A DNA stretch of 63,993 bases, the filler included, from Octopus bimaculoides (taxonomy: Eukaryota), in assembly GCF_001194135.2 (NCBI RefSeq). It is 9 parts of 8 records of this genome, joined end to end, with 100 filler letters (N's around TTAATTAATTAA, not from the genome) between each part and the next. Parts side by side here need not be neighbours in the genome. Positions count along the whole stretch, not along the records: positions 15,490 to 46,366 come from NC_068994.1; 8 more parts are not named here. The stretch is one strand, 5' to 3'. Both the position numbers and the translations under genes were made by a program. The notes under the pieces were generated by a model. The model made no database searches and was not told the DNA's origin. It saw nothing but the letters and a program-made list of their open reading frames with translations. Below, in pieces: positions 26,234 to 40,744 of the stretch (positions within the stretch are counted from its first letter, which is position 1; each line of letters opens with the position of its first letter).

Positions 26234-27734
26234 TTTTACTTNNNNNNNNNNNNNNNNNNNNNNNNNNNNNNNNNNNNNNNNNNNNNNNNNNNNNNNNNNN
26301 NNNNNNNNNNNNNNNNNNNNNNNNNNNNNNNNNNNNNNNNNNNNNNNNNNNNNNNNNNNNNNNNNNNNNNNNNNNNNNNNNNNNNNNNNNNNNNNNNNNN
26401 NNNNNNNNNNNNNNNNNNNNNNNNNNNNNNNNNNNNNNNNNNNNNNNNNNNNNNNNNNNNNNNNNNNNNNNNNNNNNNNNNNNNNNNNNNNNNNNNNNNN
26501 NNNNNNNNNNNNNNNNNNNNNNNNNNNNNNNNNNNNNNNNNNNNNNNNNNNNNNNNNNNNNNNNNNNNNNNNNNNNNNNNNNNNNNNNNNNNNNNNNNNN
26601 NNNNNNNNNNNNNNNNNNNNNNNNNNNNNNNNNNNNNNNNNNNNNNNNNNNNNNNNNNNNNNNNNNNNNNNNNNNNNNNNNNNNNNNNNNNNNNNNNNNN
26701 NNNNNNNNNNNNNNNNNNNNNNNNNNNNNNNNNNNNNNNNNNNNNNNNNNNNNNNNNNNNNNNNNNNNNNNNNNNNNNNNNNNNNNNNNNNNNNNNNNNN
26801 NNNNNNNNNNNNNNNNNNNNNNNNNNNNNNNNNNNNNNNNNNNNNNNNNNNNNNNNNNNNNNNNNNNNNNNNNNNNNNNNNNNNNNNNNNNNNNNNNNNN
26901 NNNNNNNNNNNNNNNNNNNNNNNNNNNNNNNNNNNNNNNNNNNNNNNNNNNNNNNNNNNNNNNNNNNNNNNNNNNNNNNNNNNNNNNNNNNNNNNNNNNN
27001 NNNNNNNNNNNNNNNNNNNNNNNNNNNNNNNNNNNNNNNNNNNNNNNNNNNNNNNNNNNNNNNNNNNNNNNNNNNNNNNNNNNNNNNNNNNNNNNNNNNN
27101 NNNNNNNNNNNNNNNNNNNNNNNNNNNNNNNNNNNNTTTTCTCCCAACGTTTTAAAGTGCATAAACAAAGGGAAAAGCCGTCGTGGGGGCCGCAGGGAGG
27201 AGGAGGGGAATCAAATTAAAATAATTTTTTTTTTACAAAAACGGCTTCCTCCCATCATTCTGAAGTGCGAAGTACAAAAAAAAGAAAAAATTAAATCCCC
27301 ATCAAAGCCGAGAAAATCTAGCTTATGTGGTAGAGCGATTCCGAAATTCCCCTGTAAGTAATATTTAAAGCAATTTAGTACACATTATAAAAGATTACAA
27401 AAATATTGCGATAGCAGAAAACTCTACTGTATAATATAAAAAGTAAGCATTATTATGGCGTCAGAAGACAGAATTTTGCCTTCTGATAAAAATGCTTAGC
27501 AAAGTTTCGTTCGTTTTTAAGTTCTGAGTTCAAATTCTGCTGAGGTTGACTTTATTTTTTATCCTTTAGGGGTCAATAAAATAAGGGATCTTTTCTATTT
27601 CACACATTTTTACAGAAAAGATCCAGAATAAGTAATAGTGGAGTACTGGGGTTGATATAATTCATTAGCCCCCCGCCATAATTTCAGGCCTTGTGCTTCC
27701 GGCAGAATTATTATGGAGTCATGTTTAAAATTAC

Positions 27735-28445
27735 ATGTACGGTCTCCCTAAGATTCATAAGGATGGTATTCCATTAAGACCTATAGTGAGCTGTAGAGGT
27801 TCAACATGTCATCCACTGAGCCGCTTCCTTGTGGATATAATCAGTCCATTAGCAGGGAAGTCAACATCATACGTGAAGAATTTCACCCACTTCACAATGG
27901 GTACCCCCATTGAATCCAACCAGATGGTGAGTCTAGATGTGATAAGTCTGTTCACCAAAGTCCCAACTGGTGAAGCACTATCGGTGATTCAAGAAAAACT
28001 AGTGACAGACACCCATCTAAAAGAACGCACTAGTATACCAATAAGAAACTTGATGGAAATGTTGACCTTCTGTGTGGAAACTACCTACTTCAGTGTGGAC
28101 ACTGATATATATCGACAAGAGGAGGGTTTAGCTATGAGTTCGCCATTATCACCGATAATAGCCAATATATACATGGAATACTTTGAGAATTTGGCTTTAG
28201 GATCANNNNNNNNNNGATAATAGCCAATATATACATGGAATACTTTGAGAATTTGGCTTTAGGATCAACATCACTAAAACCAACCCTATGGCTGCGATAT
28301 GTTGATGACACCTTTATACTTTGGCTCCACCAGGAAGATATCCAAATACTGCTAGAACATGCAAACTCAATAAAGCCATCCATACAGTTCACAATGGAAA
28401 AGGAAAAAAAAAACCAGCTAGCATTCCTGGACGTATTAATAACAC
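27735..28445 (+). mobile_element. Penelope/Poseidon-type PLE reverse transcriptase fragment
   Basis: YGLPKIHK..IPLRPIVS, SLDVISLFTKVP, GLAMSSPLSPIIANIYME, WLRYVDDTF (28295-28309) and LAFLDVLI. The ORF is split only by a 10-N gap with a duplicated overlap. Confidence 0.92.
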
Positions 28446-29300
28446 GCACACACACACACACTTCCATATGCACACATACACACACATACTTCCATATGCA
28501 CACATACACACACATATATATGTGGAAGATTGCATGTGTGGGTCACACCTTGTCATTGTATGGTACATCTGAAAGTAGAGTGTATGTTTGTTGCCTAGAT
28601 GGGTTGGTCTCCATTGTCACTGTGGTGTTTGGTATAAGATTATTACGGAGAAGGTTGGTTGTGTGTCTTGTCAACATGAACAAATCTTGCAAACATTCTT
28701 TATATATAAGGAAAGGCTACACATTTACACACACGCACACATGGATTTTCAGATACTCTTTGAAGAGAAACTAAGGGCATCGGCATTGACTTTCATAGTG
28801 TCTGAATTCTAAAGACATTAACGGCATATTCTAGAGACAGGAATGAATTGATCTTGAATGAAAATTGAGATGTGAGTTTATCCGAATCTACTCTTGTGTC
28901 TGGTTTGCTATAGGCAACAATGGAATAACATGTTTTTAACTGCTTTCACTCAGCCATCGGTGAGAGTCTAGGAGTTGTGAGCCTGCCAAGTTTTGCTAAA
29001 CCTTTGACCTTGGTTTTAACAGCGTTTGGGTTTATCCACTAGAAAGCTAGGAAAGCCAAGGACATTCATTTTCGCTCTGGCTTCTGTGGCATGATCTCCT
29101 ACAAGCTGATTGGTTGATAAATAAAACATACATGTGATCATTGCAGGTTTCATTTGTGGTTCTAGCCTGATAAATGAAAGAAATGGGTTCAAACCCCAGT
29201 TCTCACTGCTCTAGTCAGTATGGTGCTTGCTGGAACACTTTTAATTATATGTCCATTTCTTTAAGGCTGATCTGGGGCTGAGCAACAACAACAGGCAGAT

Positions 29301-29530
29301 GGCAAGCTGGCAGAAACGTTAGCATGCCGGGCAAAATGCTTAGCGGTATTTCGCCTGCCGTTACGTTCTGAGTTCAAATTCCGCCGAGGTCGACTTTGCC
29401 TTTCATCATTTCGGGGTCGATAAATTAAGCACCAGTTACGCACTGGGTCGATATAATCGACTTAATCCCTTTGTCTGTCCTTGTTTGTCCCCTTTATGTT
29501 TAGCTCCTTGTGAGCAACAAAGAAATAAGA
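29301..29530 (+). mobile_element. SINE family A (A1), full length
   Basis: Close match to the 11187 and 51571 copies. Confidence 0.9.
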
Positions 29531-32310
29531 TATACAGATACGAATGCACATACACATATGANNNNNNNNNNNNNNNNNNNNNNNNNNNNNNNNNNNNNNN
29601 NNNNNNNNNNNNNNNNNNNNNNNNNNNNNNNNNNNNNNNNNNNNNNNNNNNNNNNNNNNNNNNNNNNNNNNNNNNNNNNNNNNNNNNNNNNNNNNNNNNN
29701 NNNNNNNNNNNNNNNNNNNNNNNNNNNNNNNNNNNNNNNNNNNNNNNNNNNNNNNNNNNNNNNNNNNNNNNNNNNNNNNNNNNNNNNNNNNNNNNNNNNN
29801 NNNNNNNNNNNNNNNNNNNNNNNNNNNNNNNNNNNNNNNNNNNNNNNNNNNNNNNNNNNNNNNNNNNNNNNNNNNNNNNNNNNNNNNNNNNNNNNNNNNN
29901 NNNNNNNNNNNNNNNNNNNNNNNNNNNNNNNNNNNNNNNNNNNNNNNNNNNNNNNNNNNNNNNNNNNNNNNNNNNNNNNNNNNNNNNNNNNNNNNNNNNN
30001 NNNNNNNNNNNNNNNNNNNNNNNNNNNNNNNNNNNNNNNNNNNNNNNNNNNNNNNNNNNNNNNNNNNNNNNNNNNNNNNNNNNNNNNNNNNNNNNNNNNN
30101 NNNNNNNNNNNNNNNNNNNNNNNNNNNNNNNNNNNNNNNNNNNNNNNNNNNNNNNNNNNNNNNNNNNNNNNNNNNNNNNNNNNNNNNNNNNNNNNNNNNN
30201 NNNNNNNNNNNNNNNNNNNNNNNNNNNNNNNNNNNNNNNNNNNNNNNNNNNNNNNNNNNNNNNNNNNNNNNNNNNNNNNNNNNNNNNNNNNNNNNNNNNN
30301 NNNNNNNNNNNNNNNNNNNNNNNNNNNNNNNNNNNNNNNNNNNNNNNNNNNNNNNNNNNNNNNNNNNNNNNNNNNNNNNNNNNNNNNNNNNNNNNNNNNN
30401 NNNNNNNNNNNNNNNNNNNNNNNNNNNNNNNNNNNNNNNNNNNNNNNNNNNNNNNNNNNNNNNNNNNNNNNNNNNNNNNNNNNNCCTTGCTTTCTCCAAC
30501 ACTCTCCTCCACCACAACCACCACCACCACCACCATCTGCATTTCTGTTATACCATTACCACCACAATCTCAAATATCACCACCACTGTCACCATCACCA
30601 TCAACACCACACAACTCCCGCCACAACTACCACATACACTAAAAAAAGACTGCTCATGGCAAAAGCTCCACAGCACTGCCTTGCTTTCTCCAACACTCTC
30701 CTCCACCACAACCACCACCACCACCACCATCTGCATTTCTGTTATAGATACACAAATAATACTCCATACATAGGGATTGCTATACTCCACAACTGACAGC
30801 GCCACCAGCAAAAATCCCTAACACCATCACCACCAACACTATCATCACCACTAACACCATCACCACCAACACTATCATCACCACCACCAATACTACTACC
30901 AACACCATCACCACCGCCAGCACCATCACCACCACCAACACTACCACCAACACCATTACCTGCATCAACACCACCACTGACACCAGCGTAAACACCAAAA
31001 TCTTACACAGGTACACAACCACCACAATCACACACACAAACAAACGCACACAGAAGCAGCTCGTTAACCCAACCTGCACCTTCACATCAACCAGCCGACC
31101 AGCTAACCAGCCACACAGCTAACATAGACAGGTTCTCATCCACAGCTACACACACACACACTCACATACACACACACAGCCCCTCTGCTCCACATGGTCT
31201 CATTGTTCCCCCTCCCCCCTTCATTTACCATTGATCTGCCATCCAATGTCACTAATTGACTTCAACTGTGGAAATTTGATTATTAAATATCGTTAAGTTT
31301 TAATGGCAGTCTTTCTAGGTGGATATATATATATATATATATTTGTATATATATATATATACACATGTTTGTGTGTGTCTGTGTACATGTATATGTATAT
31401 ATATGTGTGTCAGTGCATGTGTATTTATATATGTGTTTGTGTGTGCCTGTGTGTGCCTGTGTGTGTGTATATGTGGATATATGTGTGTTTGTATGTGTGC
31501 TTATGTGTGTCTGTGTACATGTGTATGTGTATATATGTGTGTGTATGTGTGTCTGTCTATTTATATATGCATGTATGTATGTATATATGTGTCTATGTGT
31601 GTATGTCAGTGTATATGTATTTATATATGNNNNNNNNNNNNNNNNNNNNNNNNNNNNNNNNNNNNNNNNNNNNNNNNNNNNNNNNNNNNNNNNNNNNNNN
31701 NNNNNNNNNNNNNNNNNNNNNNNNNNNNNNNNNNNNNNNNNNNNNNNNNNNNNNNNNNNNNNNNNNNNNNNNNNNNNNNNNNNNNNNNNNNNNNNNNNNN
31801 NNNNNNNNNNNNNNNNNNNNNNNNNNNNNNNNNNNNNNNNNNNNNNNNNNNNNNNNNNNNNNNNNNNNNNNNNNNNNNNNNNNNNNNNNNNNNNNNNNNN
31901 NNNNNNNNNNNNNNNNNNNNNNNNNNNNNNNNNNNNNNNNNNNNNNNNNNNNNNNNNNNNNNNNNNNNNNNNNNNNNNNNNNNNNNNNNNNNNNNNNNNN
32001 NNNNNNNNNNNNNNNNNNNNNNNNNNNNNNNNNNNNNNCTTAAGTATATATACATATATGTGTGTGTATTTGCATGGGTGTTTATATATGACACATGTGT
32101 ATATTTTTGTACGCATGTGTATATTTTTGTGTACACACTCACATGCACACATACATACACACACACACATAAAATATATGTATGTGTATGTGTGTCGGTG
32201 TATGTATATTTGTATATGTGTATGTATCTGAAATGTAAGTATGTGTATGGATATAATTATTAACCATCGTTAACTTCTAATGATAGTCATTTTAGGGTGG
32301 TGATATGTTA

Positions 32311-32343
<33 letters not shown>

Positions 32344-32534
32344 ATCTCTCTCTCTCTCTTTCTATAAATGTGTGTGTGTGTTCATGTATTTTTGTATCTC
32401 TATATATTTTTGCATGTATGTGTGAGTGTACCTGTATATGTGAATGGGTATATATGAATGTATGTGTATGGTTATTAACCATCATTAAGATCCAATAGCA
32501 ATCATTTCAAACTGGGTTTGATGATATTTATTAG

Positions 32535-32572
<38 letters not shown>

Positions 32573-32904
32573 GTATAGATGTATGTATATATGTGTGTGT
32601 ATCGTTATTAATTATCATTAAGCTCTAATGACAGTGTTTTCAAATGGATGATAATGTGATGTTCGTCATAGAGATATGCACGTGTACATGTCTCTATGTG
32701 TGTGGGTATGTGCATGCATGTGTATGTATGTTTCTTTTTTTAATTATTTGAATTCTTTCTTCAAGAAGGAAGCTGGTTTTTAACAAAGAATCAAAATGGC
32801 ACAACTGAAATTCAGATACCAACAGCAACATTTTGTGTATAAATGTAGTTATATATATGTGGTCTACTTTTGCGTATTTATATATGTGTAGTTATATATG
32901 TAGT

Positions 32905-33150
32905 GAGGGCATGTGGCCTAGTGGTTAGAGTGCTATGCTCATGATCACGAGACCATGATTTCGATTCCTGAACTGGGCAGTACAATGTAGCTCTATTTCA
33001 TGTAGCTCTGCGATTACTTTGACATCTGATGTGTGGTACACTGTGCTCCTGTATAGGCAATGCCGATTTGATGGAGAGAGTGAGCTAATGTTCACCACAA
33101 ACATTTGATCATCTGTGCAGGTTGTTTGACTGGAAATTGCAGAACCGTCT
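32905..33150 (+). mobile_element. SINE family E (tRNA head as in family C, different body)
   Basis: Head GAGGGCATGTGGCCTAGTGGTTAGAG...TTCGATTCC. Body CATCTGATGTGTGG..CCTGTA.AGG.AATG.CGATTTGATGGAG recurs at 54490-54670 and 59225-59460. Confidence 0.75.
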
Positions 33151-33964
33151 TTCTTGGTCTCAAGAGACTGCTGTTATATATGTGTAGTTGTAAAGTGCAT
33201 ATTACCTGATCACTGTCTTTGTTTCAAAAATCCAATCTTTCCAAGATTGTCACATAAATATTTACTAACATAACCAATTATGAGTTTAACTATTTAGCAT
33301 TCAAATTATTTTGTCAAATGAAAAGCTTATTCATTCACATTGGTTTGAAGTAATTATGTATTATCTCATAGCTTTGAGATTTCGATGATGTGGTTGTTTA
33401 CATTTAGAATAACATTGTAGGGCAGGTGTGAGAGGCTTGATCTAGCTGGTTTCAACATAAAACAGGTAGAATATTAGGGCCAGATATTTGAATGTGAAAA
33501 GGTTAAATCACCATCAACATTTAACGTCTGTTTTCTATGCTGGCATGGGTTGAGCAGCTTGAAAGGAACTGTCAAGGCCAGGAGCCACACAAGGTTCCAT
33601 AGTCTGTTTTGATATGGTATCTACAGCTAGATGCCCTTCCTAATGCCAACCATTACAGGGCAGAGCAGCTGTTGGTTTTGAATCAGTTATTTTTTTAATC
33701 TCTTATCCCTTACTTGTTCTAGTCAATTCACTGTGGCCATGCTGGGGTACTGTCTTAAAGGATTTAGTTGAATGAATCGACATCAGGATGTATGATCTTT
33801 TTTTAAAGTCTGATGATTATTCTATTGGTCTTCTTTGCTGAAATGTTAAGTTACAAGGACATAAACAAACCAACACCTGTTGTTAAACAGTGGTTGGGTG
33901 GAGAATCACAAACACAAAGATACATGCATGTATAGTATATATGTATTTATATATTATATAATAT

Positions 33965-35415
33965 ATCTACGTTGTTGATATCGAGTTATGGCTATGATTA
34001 TTAAGGAATTACATTGCAAATATAGACACGCTAGTAACGACACATGAAAAGAATTAACAATACAGAGTTACAAACCATTAAAGCTTTAGCTATAGATGAT
34101 AGAACTAAGCCGTATGTCCCTAGAAAACCCTAGATTATACTTAAGGACCTAACTTTCTTATTGACCCCTCAGTTAGATTGATTTGTCCTTCTAAATTTGA
34201 TATAGGCATAATTAGTAAAAATAATCATTGATTGGGTAATACCTGCACTTAAGTCTAAAACTAGATTAGCCTCCTGATCAGATACCCAAAAGGTAGCTGG
34301 ATGGTTTGAACTTCTAGAAATTAGTAAGAGTAGTAAATTCTTGCAACTAGATATAGAGAGCTATTATACCACTATTAACCTGATTGTCCTTAATAAAGCC
34401 CTGATTTATAGCATGAGAAATTCTGATTAGTCCCAATGCAAAATAGATATAATACTTGCTGGACAAGCCATAGCAGATTTCGATGGTAGATTATGGAGTA
34501 GATTAGCTAGGGAGAATGCTTTTGATATAGCAATGGGGTCATATGACTCTGCACAGGTGACAGACCCACTTGGAATATATATCTGTTAATTAATCCACTA
34601 TTCCTTTCTAGAAGTAACAGGGGGTTTGTATAGGGATGATGCCTTTTTTTTCTGGACAGAAGTAGCAAAGTACAATTAGAAAGACAGGAAAATTTCTTTA
34701 GATTTTTTAAAGATTTAGGACTAAATATTATTATGGGAAAGGATTATCATAGAGTAAATTTTCTTGATGCTACTTTTTGTTTTGATATTGGATTATTTGA
34801 ACCATTTCATAAGCCAAATGATTATATTAAGTACATTAATGTAGCATCCAACCATCCACCCATAATACGGGGATTAGTTAAGAATATTTCTACAAGAATT
34901 TCTAGATTATCTGCTAATAAAAAAATTTTCAAATTATATGCAACATATTATGATGCTGCTTTAGCTAGGGCTGGGTACCATGAGAAAATTCAATATATAC
35001 AAGAAGCAAGCATACACAGCACTGTCAATTCTTCCAATAGTAATACACATTGTACACCATCACAACTTCATGGTATGAGAACGCCTTGAGAAAGAGAATA
35101 CAGGCCAAGAAGAATTGGTCAAAACCATCAAATACCAATAAAAACTCATAGGCATACACGACATAATAATCCAACTGCTCATAACACAGTAAATTGTTCC
35201 AATCCTGTACAACACACTAGATCAAATAAGCCAAACAACAGATATAGGAATCAGGATGTCCTGTGGTTCAACCCAATTTTTGGTTCACATGTTTCAACCA
35301 AGATCGCTGGAAAAGATTTTGCTGCTTTGGACAAATGCTTTCATAAATCTAATTGATATCATACTATTTTTAATCAGCACACCATAAAGGTATTCTATGC
35401 TAATGCTGCTAATTT
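33965..35415 (+). mobile_element. Decayed PLE with LYRDD-type reverse transcriptase
   Basis: LIDPSVRLICPSK, FLQLDIESYY (34344), FDIAMGSYDSAQV (34521), GLYRDDA (34626-34640), VNFLDATF, YINVASNHPP and VLWFNP (35264); many stops and frameshifts. Confidence 0.85.
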
Positions 35416-35545
35416 AGAGCAGCTTATGCACCGCATAAACAATAGAAAAATGTTTTGCTTGAGTATTAAATTAATATACCTTCTTTGTTCTTTCATCTAT
35501 CTCTGTCTTTTGTTTTGTGTACATTTGAACCATATATATATGCAT

Positions 35546-35597
<52 letters not shown>

Positions 35598-36659
35598 CAC
35601 TGAGCCCTATAGTATTTATTGACAGCAAGCTTCAACATACATAGGTCTGAACTGGACCTCTAGATTTGTGAGGACCCTGGCCAACAACCCAGTGTGCCCA
35701 TGCTCTAAGATGTCCCTGTGTACACACACACACATAACAGGCTTCCACACAGTTTCTATCTACTAAATTCACTCACAAAGTATTGGTCAGTCTGGGGTTA
35801 CAGTAGAAGACACTTGCCCAAATTGCCACACAGTGAGACCGAGCCTGAAACCATGGGGTTTCAAAGTGAGCTTCTTAACCCCACAGCCATGCCAGTTCAT
35901 ATATGTTCTCCTTCTCAGTGAATTTTTAAGGGATGCTGGCATATGCAGGGAAGCTGATCTCTATAAATCTACATGATAATTTTCTTTTCTGTTCCAAACA
36001 ATTATATTCAGCTTGTTATGTTTGCACTTAATAGAAGCTCTGATGGGAATCTTTCACCAGCACTCCTCTCGATTATATATGTATTTAATTATAGAGGCAT
36101 TGCTTATACATATTTACCCTTTTATCTCAGGACAGTTTTCTGACAGTTTGCATCATATATTGTTTTAGCAACACCATAATGTTGCAAAGGTGGTACCTTA
36201 ATACATTAACAGCTGCTAAATATATCTTATGCTCTGAATTTTGAAATGATATTCACACAGCAGGGCAGTTGATCTCTTTGGAAGATATGTAAATTTTCTT
36301 GTCTGTGCTAAATAGCAACATCTTGACTGTTATGTTAGGACTTGGTAGAAGTTTTGATGGGATGGGAATGTACCTCCACTAATCCTTGTGTTGGTATTAT
36401 ATTTATGTATGAGCATGATCATATGTGTGCAAGTGTATATGTGTATAGGTGATTATTTCTCTCTGTCTGTCTGTCTGTCTGTCAGTGTGTATGTACGTTT
36501 AAGAGAATGATTTTGTGGTTTAGAAGTTCATTTCACAACCATATGGTTCCAGTTTTGATTTCACCCTGTATCACCTTGGGGCAAATGTCTTCTCCCATGG
36601 CTGTTGGGAAATCAATACCTTTTTGAAGGAAATCTGGTAAATGGAAACTGTAGAGACCC

Positions 36660-36761
<102 letters not shown>

Positions 36762-36983
36762 ATGAAAAGCAGAAAAGCATAAATTTAATAGTCATATTAT
36801 AATTTAATTACTTTCAACAGCTGTTTCATTAGAAATAAGCTTAATTCATTCTATAATTACATAATTAAATTACATAATTAATGGGAATGTAATTTTAAAT
36901 TAAATTAATATATATATTCATACATATACATTTAAATATATGTGCATCTATCTATTTATCTATCTATCTATCTATCTACCTAC

Positions 36984-37025
<42 letters not shown>

Positions 37026-37147
37026 ATCTATCTACATATATATATATGCATGTATATGTATGTATATATATATATGTATATATGTGTATATGTATATATA
37101 TATATATATATGCATATACATATATATATGTGTGTGTGTATGTATAT

Positions 37148-37206
<59 letters not shown>

Positions 37207-37491
37207 TGCATATACATACATATAGACACACACATATATATACACACACACATATACATATGTATATATGTATGTTTGCATATGTATATATGTATATATA
37301 CGTATNNNNNNNNNNNNNNNNNNNNNNNNNNNNNNNNNNNNNNNNNNNNNNNNNNNNNNNNNNNNNNNNNNNNNNNNNNNNNNNNNNNNNNNNNNNNNNN
37401 NNNNTGTATATATATATGAATATATATATGTATATATTTATATGTATATATATATATATGTATATATATATGAATATATATATGTATATAT

Positions 37492-37531
<40 letters not shown>

Positions 37532-37544
37532 TTATATGCATATA

Positions 37545-37578
<34 letters not shown>

Positions 37579-37649
37579 TGTGTGTGTGCGTGTGTGTGTA
37601 TGTATTAATCCAGTAGCTCTGCAGTACTTGAGAAAATATAGAAAAAAGT

Positions 37650-38265
37650 GAAAGGAGTATGGTGAACTTGCTGTGAGGAGTGGAATATCCGACGTTTTGG
37701 ATTCAATCTTCTGACAGGGGGCAGAGAAAAGAGAAAAAGTCAAACATCATCTCAGCTTGAAAAACTGGTTGCAACTGATGATGGATGCAGAATAACACGG
37801 TCTGCTAATTTTAAAACAAGTTATAGGAGAGAGCACGCAGAAGGGAGAAAGAAAAAGGTGATGGAGAGAGTAGAGGTAAGTAAGTATGGGAATGTTGCAG
37901 AGAGAGGGTGGAAGGAGGATTAAAAAGGGTAAAAAAAGAATTAAGGGAAAGTGAAAGGATTAAAGGAAAAAGTTTCATTCATACCTGTTGGGGACATAGT
38001 GCGAAGATCAAATATAAGACGTTGCTCCTTTCGTTTCCTAGAGAAGGGGACTCCGTGGTGCAAGGCCATGCCACACACTGATAAATCTGCAACAGAATGA
38101 TTCACAGTGTTGAAGTGGGTGGCGACAGGTTGGCCTGGCATATGTAGCATTATGCTTCTGATGTGTTCGCGAAAGCCACAACATACATAGGTCTGAATTG
38201 GGCCTCTAGACTTGTGAGGTCCCTGGCCAACATCCCAGTGTGCCCATGCCCTAAGATGGCCCTGT

Positions 38266-38306
<41 letters not shown>

Positions 38307-39725
38307 ACAGGCTTCCACACAGTTTCTTATTTCTTTATTGCCCACAAGGAGCTAAACATAGTGGGGACAAACAAGGACAGACAAAGGGATTAAGTCGATT
38401 ACATCGACCCCATTGTGTAACGTACTTAATTTATCGAGTCCCGAAAGAATGAAAGCAAAGTCGACATCGGCGGAATTTGAACTCAGAACGTAATGGCAGC
38501 TGAAATACCGCTAAGCATTTCACCCAGCGTGCTAACATTTCCCTCAGCTCACCGCCTTTTCTATCTACTCACAGTTTCTATCAACTAAATTCACTCACAA
38601 GGTATTGGTCTGTTTCTCCAATGTAAACAGCACTGCAGAGTTTGCATATGATGCAATATTTGAGATTCACTGAAGTGCAACAAAAGTGGTATGTTATGTG
38701 ATATTGCCTCTTGAACTCCTTGATGGTGGTAATAATGTTGATGTAGGGGCATATGTTACATCGTTGGTGAGAACATTTAAAGGTTCCTGGTTGTGCGGAG
38801 CTGGGAGCTGTGAAGCTTCTAACAAGACAGAAGAGGTGGTGTAGGAAAGATGGGGCAGTTGTTGGGTCAGAAAGAAGAATGCAAAAGTTGTGGGTGAGTT
38901 TGTATTTTAGAGGCAGGATAGATGGGTGGTAGGTGAGAGAGATTGGAACACGGATGGTGGAAGTGCATGAAGATGGTAGGAGAGCTGCGATGCGGTTGAT
39001 GGCTCAGGCTCAGTGGAGTGCTGGGTCGACAACTGATGGAGGATATCCTTGATCTAAAAAAAACTGTCGCATCGTTTTGTAATGGGATTCGAAATCCAAA
39101 TCAATGCTACAAAGTCATTGAAGGCAAAGAAATTGAGAGAAAGGTATGGCAGATTTAATGTGTTTGGGGTGAGAGGAAGAGTAGTGGAGGTAGGAGTGGG
39201 AGTCAGTAGGTTTATAGTAGACAGAGGTGGAGAGGTGGGTATTATATATTTTCACGGAGATGTCCAGAGAGCAAACAGGAGTATCAGATATGGTGTGGGT
39301 GAATTCCAAGGCTGGGTGAAAGGTGTTAATGAAAGAAATAAAATCATTGAGCTGTTGTCTGTTAAGGTTTGTGGCACCAATGCAGTCATCAATGTAACGA
39401 CCATAAAGCTCTGGGATGGGTCCAGAGAAGTGAACAAAGTTTTGCTCCTCTACATAACCTACAAAGAAGTTGGCATAATTGGGGCTCATCCTGGTGCCCA
39501 TAGTAACACTGCTGTAATGCTTATAGAATTCATCTGAGAAGGAAAAACAATTGAGTGTTAAAACAAGCTCAGCTAAGCGGAGGAGTGTATTAGTGCTAGG
39601 TTCAGGTACAGAACGATGGTCGAAGAAGTGCTTAAGTGCTAGTGGATCGTCATTGTGAGGGATGACTGTGTACAAAGATTTAATGTCCATGGTAAAAAGA
39701 AGTTTGAATTCACCAGGTGGATATA
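37650..39725 (-). mobile_element. Neptune-like PLE (RT plus GIY-YIG), interrupted
   Basis: [35 protein letters not shown] (39385-39399), VYYKPTDSHSYL; NLKYCIICKLCSAVYIGET (about 38611-38670). Resumes as FREHIRS...PVATHFN...EQRLIF at 38178-37960 after a 430-bp insertion. Confidence 0.9.
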
Positions 39726-39729
39726 TACA

Positions 39730-39773
<44 letters not shown>

Positions 39774-40660
39774 CACACCTATATATTTATATATATATAT
39801 ATATATTTATGTATGTATATATATGTATATATATGTCCATCCTGCAAAAATCTGTCCCTGACAAACCTCTCCTCCTACATCCCATCTTCCCAACATCACC
39901 TCTTCTCCCACCCATGCTCATCATCCACTGTGCTCCCTTCACCTCTAATCCTCCCTGTTGAATTTCTTCCCCCACTACATATTCCTCCTAACAAGCCCTC
40001 CGTCCCTCTATTTCTGTCCACTCACTACATCCTCCCTCTTTCATCTCCCACTCCTTTTACACTCCTGTGAGTTACCCACCTACTCACCCTATCCAGGTTT
40101 TGGTCCCATTTCACTTATAAGCACCACACTGTAACTTGAATGAACCCCTCCATCTGTCACATCTGCACCATCTCTTCTCTACTTTCTTTCTTTCTTTCTT
40201 TCTCTTCCTCTCTCTCACTCCTATTGAGGTAGCCACATATCTCCTTTTCTGCCAGATGCCTATTCCTGCCCCTTTACTCATGCTTTAAGCTCTCAACGGC
40301 AGAGCTGTTACTAGGAAATGCAGGGCCCAATTAGAGAATTGTCAGTGGGGCAGATTGATGTTTTATGTTTTGTATAATACACCAGTTTCACTCAAAATGT
40401 TTTGAGGGTTTGAGGCTCCAGTATTAGCCACAATGATATACTAAAAATTCATCATAGCATCCTCTTCTTGAGTGTGTGCACAGGGCTCTCTCTTGGTGTG
40501 GGGCCCAATTTGAACAAATTTATTGAATTGGCTTAAAGCCAGCCATCCTCATCTGGAACAAAGCCACTTTCCCATTACTACTCCCCTACTCAGTTGTAAA
40601 TTATCTGGTAACCTCACTACTGATGGTGCCATCTTAAAANNNNNNNNNNNNNNNNNNNNN

Positions 40661-40733
<73 letters not shown>

Positions 40734-40744
40734 TGTGTGTGTGT

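Noticed and set aside
28154-28267. 52-bp direct repeat inside the PLE RT
   Set aside because: The two identical copies flank a 10-N gap; this is a contig overlap artefact.
30485-30746. About 67-bp direct duplication of CCTTGCTTTCTCCAACACTCTCC...
   Set aside because: It starts at a contig edge in ACC-rich low-complexity DNA; slippage or misassembly cannot be excluded and no function is indicated.
30797-31125. Thr-rich mucin-like open frame
   Set aside because: It is a degenerate (ACC/AAC/ATC)n repeat without a start codon or convincing splice sites.
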